A DNA stretch of 26,220 nucleotides from Verrucomicrobiota bacterium (GTDB lineage Bacteria; Verrucomicrobiota; Verrucomicrobiia; Limisphaerales; CANJSG01): positions 1-26,220 of the forward strand of contig JBBQXJ010000068.1 in NCBI GenBank assembly GCA_038209745.1. Reading direction: 5' to 3'. This document shows, piece after piece, positions 20,117 to 26,220 of the stretch. The position numbers and the translations under genes were made by a program. The first letter of the stretch is position 1. Every line of letters begins with the position of its first letter. The notes under the pieces were generated by a model that worked only from the letters and a program-made list of their open reading frames with translations, did not search any database and had not been told where the DNA came from.

Positions 20117-20719
20117 ATGTCCGCGGAACCATCATCGCCGTCGATGGAACCCTCCGACGCCGAGTTTGTCGCCGCCGTCCGCAAGGGCGACGTCGCGAGC
20201 TTCGAGCCGTTGGTGGTCAGGCATCAACCGCGGGTCTTTGCCACGGCCCGTCGCTATGCGCGGCGCGAGAGCGAAGTGGAGGACATCGTCCAGGAGGTTT
20301 TCATGAAGGCGTTCCAGAAGCTGGGCAGCTTCCGCGGGGATGCTCCTTTTGAACACTGGCTGATGAAGCTGGCCGTCCGCACCTGTTACGACTTTCTCCG
20401 CGTCCATCAACGAAACCGGGAACACTCCTTTTCCGAACTTTCCGACGCGGAGACCGACTGGTTGGACCGCCATGCGGCCGATCCGGATCGATCGGACGAC
20501 GATGCCGAAGCGGCGCGCCTGCTGGTGAACCGCGTGTTGGAACAACTGGCCCCGGCCCATCGATTGATCATCCAGTTGCTGGAGATCGAGGATCGCACCG
20601 TGAAGGAAATCGCCGGACTGACCGGTTGGTCGGTTCCGCTGGTCAAGGTGCGGGCCTTTCGCGCCCGGGCCGAAATGAAGAAGATCCTCGCCCGGCTCCC
20701 GGCCGGAAAATATTTGTAA
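20117..20719 (+). CDS. ECF RNA polymerase sigma factor
   Basis: EDIVQEVFMKAFQKLGSFRGDAPFEHWLMKLAVRTCYD and TVKEIAGLTGWSVPLVKVRAFRAR. Alternative start ATG 20144. Confidence 0.95.
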   Translation: MSAEPSSPSMEPSDAEFVAAVRKGDVASFEPLVVRHQPRVFATARRYARRESEVEDIVQEVFMKAFQKLGSFRGDAPFEHWLMKLAVRTCYDFLRVHQRNREHSFSELSDAETDWLDRHAADPDRSDDDAEAARLLVNRVLEQLAPAHRLIIQLLEIEDRTVKEIAGLTGWSVPLVKVRAFRARAEMKKILARLPAGKYL

Positions 20720-20741
20720 CCCAGCGGGCTGCCTGCCCGTC
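20715..20741 (+). promoter_or_regulatory. Putative ECF promoter TGTAAC-N17-CGTC overlapping the sigma stop codon
   Basis: The TAA stop (20717-20719) lies inside TGTAAC. CGTC is at 20738-20741 and the anti-sigma ATG at 20760. Confidence 0.65.
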
Positions 20742-20759
20742 CGACCCAGTTGAAAGCCG

Positions 20760-21065
20760 ATGAACATTGACCGACTCCAGAAAAATCTCCTTGAGGCGGG
20801 AAGGTCCGCACCTCCAGCCGACTTTGTTCCGCTTGCCTTCGAGAAGCGCGTCATGGCGCGACTGAAAAACGGGGCGGCGGCCGATCCTTGGATATTCTGG
20901 AGCCGGAGCCTTTGGCGGGCGGCGCTGGCTTGCGTGGCGGTCGCGGCCGCCTTCGGAGTTTGGGGTTTCCGCCCAGCGCCCGCGCAGGAAACTCCCGATC
21001 TGGCCGCGCAGTTGGAGAATTCGATCTACGCCTCGGCCACGGCCAACATCGAGGAGCTTTGGTGA
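20760..21065 (+). CDS. Putative short transmembrane anti-sigma factor
   Basis: Follows the ECF sigma gene. VPLAFEKRVMARL, a single TM helix and a short periplasmic tail. Confidence 0.75.
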   Translation: MNIDRLQKNLLEAGRSAPPADFVPLAFEKRVMARLKNGAAADPWIFWSRSLWRAALACVAVAAAFGVWGFRPAPAQETPDLAAQLENSIYASATANIEELW

Positions 21066-21541
21066 ACACTTGGAAGGTCATCCTGGCCACGATGGTCATC
21101 TTTGCCGCGGGAGTTCTCACCGGCGTGGCCATTGATCGCCGAACGGCGCCGGTTCCCCTTCGTCAGCCGGCGAATCCTGGGCGGGGAGAGGGCCAGATCG
21201 CCAATCGCGTCATTCCAAACCTCATCGCCCAACGCGCGAACCTGATTCGCAACGTCCAGCGCCAGCTGGATCTCGATCCTGAACAGCGCGTGCGCATCGA
21301 GCAGATCATGCGCGACAGCCAGCTTCGCACGAAGCCGATCGTGGACCGGATCGCGCCCGATCTTCGGGAAGAGTTCCGCTTCACCACGACCGCCATCCGT
21401 CAGGTCCTTGCCCCCGATCAACGGCGACGGTTCGATGAATTGATGAAGCCGCGCAACCGCGAGCGACCCGAGGGATTTGCAAGAAAGCGCGATCTGCATT
21501 TGGAAAGCACTACCAACGGTGTCCCTGAGAAGCTCGATTGA
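21062..21541 (+). CDS. Membrane-anchored periplasmic Spy/CpxP/heavy-metal-sensor-like protein
   Basis: GTG start overlaps the upstream TGA (GTGA). MNTWKVILATMVIFAAGVLTG anchor, plus LTxxQ-type motifs LDLDPEQ and VLAPDQRRRFDEL. Confidence 0.78.
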   Translation: MNTWKVILATMVIFAAGVLTGVAIDRRTAPVPLRQPANPGRGEGQIANRVIPNLIAQRANLIRNVQRQLDLDPEQRVRIEQIMRDSQLRTKPIVDRIAPDLREEFRFTTTAIRQVLAPDQRRRFDELMKPRNRERPEGFARKRDLHLESTTNGVPEKLD

Positions 21542-21565
21542 GCTTCCGGGCCAACTTTCGATCCG

Positions 21566-22189
21566 CTAGTCGGAATCGATCACCTCGAAGTCGGTCACCA
21601 GACAGACCGGTGCGCCGTCTTCTCCCATGCCGAAGAACGAGGGGTAGAGGCCGCTGCCGGTGCCGGTGCTGAAGGCGATGAGGTTGCCCCGGGGTTTCCC
21701 TTTCAAAGTGATCTCGGCATGGACCGAGTTGGAATCGGGCGCCGCTTCGATCCCCACCAGGGTGTCGGCATATTCCTCATCGCTGTCCCTGAGCTGCACC
21801 GCCTTTGGCAGGAACGACGCGTCGACAAAGCAGCCTGTGCCATGGTCCACGCCGTAGCCGAAGGTCTCCAGATCGCCGTCTTCGGGAGTCCGGGCGGCTT
21901 CCCAGCGCACGACGGGTTCCTGGCGGAAATGGATTTGGGCTGCGGCGACCCATTCGCTGTCGTCGTCCTTGGCCAGGAGCAGCGTCACGGGGTAGTCGTC
22001 CGGGGCGATCACGAGGATGAACGGTTCCTCATCGCCCGAGAGCGCCTGCGGATCGCAGGCGACCAGGCGCCCGGTCGGCAGGTGGAGCGTGCCGGCGGGC
22101 ACGCGGCGCAGGGTCTGGCTGTTCGACGAAGCGGGTTCTTCGTCAATCAGTCCGGTCAGCAGTTCGAGAAGGGGCGATATCTCCAGCAT
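21566..22189 (-). CDS. DUF4241 family protein
   Basis: From ATG 22189: GTLHLPTGRLVACDP, YPVTL, VRWEAA, GYGVDHGTGCFVD, FSTGTGSGLYPSFFG, CLVTDF. Confidence 0.85.
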   Translation of the reverse strand: MLEISPLLELLTGLIDEEPASSNSQTLRRVPAGTLHLPTGRLVACDPQALSGDEEPFILVIAPDDYPVTLLLAKDDDSEWVAAAQIHFRQEPVVRWEAARTPEDGDLETFGYGVDHGTGCFVDASFLPKAVQLRDSDEEYADTLVGIEAAPDSNSVHAEITLKGKPRGNLIAFSTGTGSGLYPSFFGMGEDGAPVCLVTDFEVIDSD

Positions 22190-22350
22190 GAATACGTCTT
22201 GGATCGGTGTTCGGAATCGTTTGTTAAGCGTCGGGCAACCTGAAGGCTCAATGAGGAACAGGGAACCATTATCTTTAGCCGAGCGGAGCGGCTTAGAGCT
22301 GGGCCGTGAGGCGTTCCCTCTGCCGTTTGTTGAGGGTCTTTCCCTTTGGT

Positions 22351-23808
22351 TCACGCGGAGTAGTCGAAATACACCGTCTTGAGCCGCGAATAGAATTCCA
22401 CCGCGCCCGCGCCCTGTTCCTTGAATCCGTCGGTGCTGCTTTGCTTCACCCCGCCAAACGGCGCCTGCAACGCGAGCCCGGTGCTGATCTGGTTCACCTT
22501 CACCACGCCGCACTCGATCTTCTCCGCGTAGACCATCGCCTTCTTGAAGTCGCGCGTCACGAGACTCGCGCTCAAGCCCACGTCCACGCCGTTGGCCACG
22601 GTCAAGGCCTCGTCAAAACTGTCCACGGCGATCACGACGCAGACCGGGCCGAACACTTCTTCCTGCGCGATCCGCATCGTCGGGGTGACGTCTCCGAGCA
22701 ACGTTGGCTCCATGAAATAGCCGTGCGCCAGTTCGCCTTCGGTCAGCTTCGCGCCGCCCCACAAGACTTTCGCGCCCTCCTTCTTGGCGATCTCGATGTA
22801 GTCGAAGTTGCCTTCAAATTCCTGTTGGTTCACCGACGGTCCCATCGTGACGCCTTCGGCCAGGCCGTTGCCGACTTTGATGCCCTTCATGCGCTCGATA
22901 AGCTTTTCGGTGAAGGCGGGAAGAACGCTGCGTTCCACGATCACGCGACTCGTGGCGGTGCAGGCCTGGCCGGTCAGGCCGAAGGCCGCGATGGCGACGA
23001 GGCGCGCGGCCAGGTCCAGATCGGCGTCGGCGAGGACGAGGGTCGGATTCTTCGATCCCATCTCCATCTGCGCGCGCGCCATCCGCCGGGCAAGCTGCTG
23101 GTAGATGCCGTGGCCGATCTTGTGGCTGCCGGTGAAGGAGAGCGCGACGATGCCGGGGTTCACGGCGAGTTCGGCTCCGACGGTCCGTCCATCACCGGTG
23201 ACGACGTTGAGCACGCCCTTGGGAAGGCCGGCCTCGACGAGCGCCTTGGCCACTTCGAACGTCATGGCCGGGGCCTGCGAGGCTGGCTTGATCACGACGG
23301 CGTTCCCGCAGAGCAGGGCGGGCGCGAGCTTCCAGACGGGAATGGCGATGGGGAAATTCCACGGGGTGATCAAGGCGACGACGCCGATCGATTCGCGGCG
23401 GGTCAGGAGAAGGTTGCCGGGGAGATCATGGGGAATGGTCTGGCCGCCGAGCGTGTAGCTCAGACCGCCGAAGAACCGGAGAATATCCGCCGAGCGCTGC
23501 ACCTCGCCTGTGGCTTCGGCGAGGGTCTTGCCTTCTTCGCGGGTGAGCAGCTTGGCGAGATCGGCCTTGCGGCTCTCCAGGATCTGCGACGCCTTGCTGA
23601 GGATACGGCCCCGGGCCGGGGCGGTCTGCGCGGCCCAGCCCGGATGGGCGGCCTGGGCGGCGGCGATGGCCTGCTGTGCCTCGGCTTGTCCGCTCTGCGG
23701 ATACGTGGCGACGGATTCGCGGGTGTCGGCGGGGTTGATGGTCGAGAAGGTCTTGCCCGACGCGGCTGCGACCCACTCGCCGCCGATGAGGTTCTGATAG
23801 CTCTGCAT
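22351..23808 (-). CDS. NAD(P)-dependent aldehyde dehydrogenase (2,5-dioxopentanoate dehydrogenase-like)
   Basis: From ATG 23808: ITPWNFP, IKPAS, SFTGS, EMGSKNP (catalytic Glu), GQACTA (catalytic Cys), EEVFGP, PFGGVKQS. The substrate is inferred only. Confidence 0.93.
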   Translation of the reverse strand: MQSYQNLIGGEWVAAASGKTFSTINPADTRESVATYPQSGQAEAQQAIAAAQAAHPGWAAQTAPARGRILSKASQILESRKADLAKLLTREEGKTLAEATGEVQRSADILRFFGGLSYTLGGQTIPHDLPGNLLLTRRESIGVVALITPWNFPIAIPVWKLAPALLCGNAVVIKPASQAPAMTFEVAKALVEAGLPKGVLNVVTGDGRTVGAELAVNPGIVALSFTGSHKIGHGIYQQLARRMARAQMEMGSKNPTLVLADADLDLAARLVAIAAFGLTGQACTATSRVIVERSVLPAFTEKLIERMKGIKVGNGLAEGVTMGPSVNQQEFEGNFDYIEIAKKEGAKVLWGGAKLTEGELAHGYFMEPTLLGDVTPTMRIAQEEVFGPVCVVIAVDSFDEALTVANGVDVGLSASLVTRDFKKAMVYAEKIECGVVKVNQISTGLALQAPFGGVKQSSTDGFKEQGAGAVEFYSRLKTVYFDYSA

Positions 23809-23939
23809 GTTCGATGGACGCTGCCTATGGCCCACGGAAAGACAAAGCGATTTTCCCGATGGGGACGGTCCGCGTCGTCGATCCTGTGCCGCGAATCAAT
23901 CAGTGACCGCCCCACAAGGCGGAGGCTAGTCTCCCGCAC

Positions 23940-24653
23940 GTGATTCCCCGGCAACGCCCCGTAGTCCGCTTCGTCCATTCGCGTGGCTTCACGTTGATCG
24001 AACTTCTCGTCGTCATCTCGATCATCGCCATTCTCGCCTCGATGCTCCTGCCGGCGCTGGCGAGCGCGAAGCTTCGGGCCAAGCGGATCCAGTGCGTCAG
24101 CAATCTCCACCAGGTGGCGCTCGGCTTCCACACCTTCGCCCTGGACAACAGAGGCGGCCATTTCCCGTGGCGCGTGGAGGCCCGGGACGAAGGAACTCGC
24201 GGGCAGGCGGCGGCTTGGATGCATTTCGCGGCGGTCGGCGGTTCGTTTGGATCTCCGCGGATTCTCGTCTGTCCCTCGGATCTGCGTCGGACCAATGCCT
24301 TTGATTTTGGCAACGGGTTGAGCGGCTTCTCGCGGCTGCAGGATCGCGCACTCAGCTACTTCGCCGGGTCGGATGCGGATCCGGCCTACCCCAACAGCCT
24401 TTTGACCGGAGACATTTCGATGCGGGCCACGCGTGAGAATGTCGGTTGCGGCTTTGGTGCGTTGAAGCCCGCCTCCGAGTTCGATGCCGACAATGTGAAG
24501 TCGATCGCCTGGACCAATCGTCTTCACGGCACGGCGGGAAATCTCGGTCTCAGCGACGGCAGCGTGCAGTCGCTGACCTCCGAAAAACTGAGGAAACTCG
24601 TGGCGTCTTCCAAGGAGCCCAATCGGCTCAACCACTTCGTCCGGCCGAAGTGA
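23940..24653 (+). CDS. Prepilin-type N-terminal cleavage/methylation protein with H-X9-DG motif
   Basis: [25 protein letters not shown]...[25 protein letters not shown]. Confidence 0.93.
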   Translation: MIPRQRPVVRFVHSRGFTLIELLVVISIIAILASMLLPALASAKLRAKRIQCVSNLHQVALGFHTFALDNRGGHFPWRVEARDEGTRGQAAAWMHFAAVGGSFGSPRILVCPSDLRRTNAFDFGNGLSGFSRLQDRALSYFAGSDADPAYPNSLLTGDISMRATRENVGCGFGALKPASEFDADNVKSIAWTNRLHGTAGNLGLSDGSVQSLTSEKLRKLVASSKEPNRLNHFVRPK

Positions 24654-24659
24654 TCCCCC

Positions 24660-25436
24660 TCACGATACCGTCCGCAAAAGCGATTTGGCTCGGCCCACCC
24701 AGACGGCTTCGCGGCGGCGCTGGAACTTGGGGGAATGCCGATCGTCGACGAGCAGCTCCTCGAGGATGTGCCTGACTTCCTGCTTCTCCCCCTGCTTGGC
24801 CAGGAGCTCGGCCAATTGAAAGCGCGCCCGGGCGTAGGAGTGGGATTGGAGGACGATCCGCCACGTCTGGATGGCCGACAGCATGTCGCCCATCGCCGCC
24901 AACGTCTCTGCATAGGCCATGAGCGAATACCCGTAGTCGTGCTTCAGGTTCTCGCGGCAGACGGACTCGAGCAGGGGACGCGCGTCGGCGGGTCTGCCTT
25001 TTCGCAGGAGGCATTGGCCAAGGTGGGCGCGAATGTCGATGTCCTGTGAATCCCGCTCCAAGGCGGCCCGATAGCAGGCCTCCGCCTTGTCGAGTTTGCC
25101 CTGTTGGAAATAAATGTCGCCCAGGGCGAGATGGTGGGCGGCGTGGTCGAGATCGTGGATCTTCTGCTCCAGTTCGAGGATGCGTTGGCGACGAAAGGTC
25201 CCCGGCAGCTCGAAGCCGCTCGTGGTGAGAGAACCGGCCGCGTTCCGATAGACCATGAAGAAATAGAAGACCGCCGAGAACACGGAGAAGACCAGGATGA
25301 AGAACGCCCAGATCCACTCCCTGCGGCGGCAGGCATCGATGAGCATCCAGATCTGGAACAGGAGCAGGATGATCGTGAAAGGCGACGTCAGGAGGTAGCG
25401 CCAGTTCGTGAGTTCATCGATCAGGGCAAGGGTCAT
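24660..25436 (-). CDS. Membrane-anchored TPR protein
   Basis: Likely start ATG 25436. Two N-terminal TM helices (FQIWMLIDACRRREWIWAFFI) followed by several TPR units. Confidence 0.85.
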   Translation of the reverse strand: MTLALIDELTNWRYLLTSPFTIILLLFQIWMLIDACRRREWIWAFFILVFSVFSAVFYFFMVYRNAAGSLTTSGFELPGTFRRQRILELEQKIHDLDHAAHHLALGDIYFQQGKLDKAEACYRAALERDSQDIDIRAHLGQCLLRKGRPADARPLLESVCRENLKHDYGYSLMAYAETLAAMGDMLSAIQTWRIVLQSHSYARARFQLAELLAKQGEKQEVRHILEELLVDDRHSPKFQRRREAVWVGRAKSLLRTVS

Positions 25437-25644
25437 CTGGCGGCGAAAGGTAGGAAACCTGTCGATCGCTGGCAACTCCGGTGCGTTCCGGTCGCGGGGC
25501 TTTCGCAGCTGGGTCGCGGGCCGCGAACTCGAAGGAACTCCGGCTGTTCATCCCATTTCTTCGGGTGGCCGCCCTCCGTTCGATTCGATCCTGGATTTTG
25601 CATTGGCTCGGGTGAGGCAGGTCGCCAAAGGATGCAGATGAACC

Positions 25645-26096
25645 ATGGGTCTCGCACGCGCCAAATCGGTTGGAGGTCGAATCTTTGGCACGCCCTTCGG
25701 CCGGGTCTTTGCCGGGTTCGGCGTTGTGTCCATCGGCTTGTTCCTTCACGCGGCCAGAAAGGATTCTGCCAAGAACGGCTGGCCTGAAACCGAGTGCCGG
25801 ATCGTCTAGTCCTCGAACCGGGCACGCCATGTCCCGGTGGTTCGCTGCCTTTGCAGTGGGCCTTTTCCGGCGCCGTGCACCGGATGGAAAGGCTCTCCAT
25901 CGAATTGATCGCCCGCGAGTCCGCCACCTATCGGCGCGGCACCGATACGCGCACCGACAAAAGTCTCTTCAGCCGCATCCCGTTGCTGGAGACGATCGAC
26001 CGGTCGGAGATGCGCGCCGGCGAGAACGAGGTGCTTTTGCCAACCGACGTAACTCCGGGCTTCTGCGGAGGAAACAACAAGGGAAGCGCTGAATAA
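25645..26096 (+). pseudogene. Internally deleted remnant of a DUF3592-like membrane protein gene
   Basis: Frame from ATG 25645 gives MGLARAKSVGGRIFGTPFGRVFAGFGVVSIGLFLHAARKDSAKNGWPETECRIV* (TM helix plus a W-x-E-T-x-C-x-I motif). Another frame continues RLVLEPGTPCPGGSLPLQWAFSG...ARESATYRRGTDTRTDKSLF...GGNNK, resembling the C-terminal domain of such proteins. Confidence 0.6.
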
Positions 26097-26220
26097 AGGC
26101 TTGGTTGGAGGGAGTCGTGGTTTTCTGGAAGACGGCGGGTCAAAAAGGAGGCTGCCGGGCGGAGGCGGCAGGGTCTTCGAGGCCGGGCGGGGGCCGCAGG
26201 GCTGAAGGTTTCGGCGAACC

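Noticed and set aside
22190..22350. Hairpins in the aldehyde dehydrogenase-DUF4241 spacer (TAGCCG..CGGCT, GGGAAC..GTTCCC)
   Set aside because: Short, plausible by chance at this GC content, and no match to a riboswitch core that I can recognise.
22306..23943. 545-aa plus-strand ORF and similar long ORFs at 11098-12639, 5297-6445 and 6786-7478
   Set aside because: Antisense to well-supported genes (aldehyde dehydrogenase, SGNH-TPR, larA, fmt).

Overview
GC-rich bacterial chromosomal window, probably from a Verrucomicrobiota (Pedosphaera/Limisphaera-like) organism. That placement is an inference from gene types: an H-X9-DG prepilin-like protein, an SGNH-TPR protein, a long CvpA, and the anti-sigma style. 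Housekeeping genes are asd (partial), fmt, rsmE, pyrF, class II ribonucleotide reductase nrdJ, a LarA-family racemase and an aldehyde dehydrogenase. Also present are two ECF sigma/anti-sigma loci, an orphan response regulator, a stand-alone HisKA (DHp) mini-protein, a membrane-anchored GrpE-like protein, TPR proteins and two broken genes. I saw no rRNA, tRNA, CRISPR array, transposase or phage gene. The most notable signals are non-coding. (i) A four-gene ECF module at 19.5-21.5 kb carries the same TGTAAC-N16/17-CGTC promoter-like motif upstream of a Spy-like periplasmic gene and again on the sigma gene's own stop codon. (ii) The ~840-bp pyrF-nrdJ intergenic region holds tandem NrdR-like boxes, a hairpin-rich ~380-nt segment and a candidate ~100-nt sRNA with repeated AGAC motifs. 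(iii) Several genes appear to have leaderless-type promoters. I cannot demonstrate a wholly new system from sequence alone; these are the best candidates.
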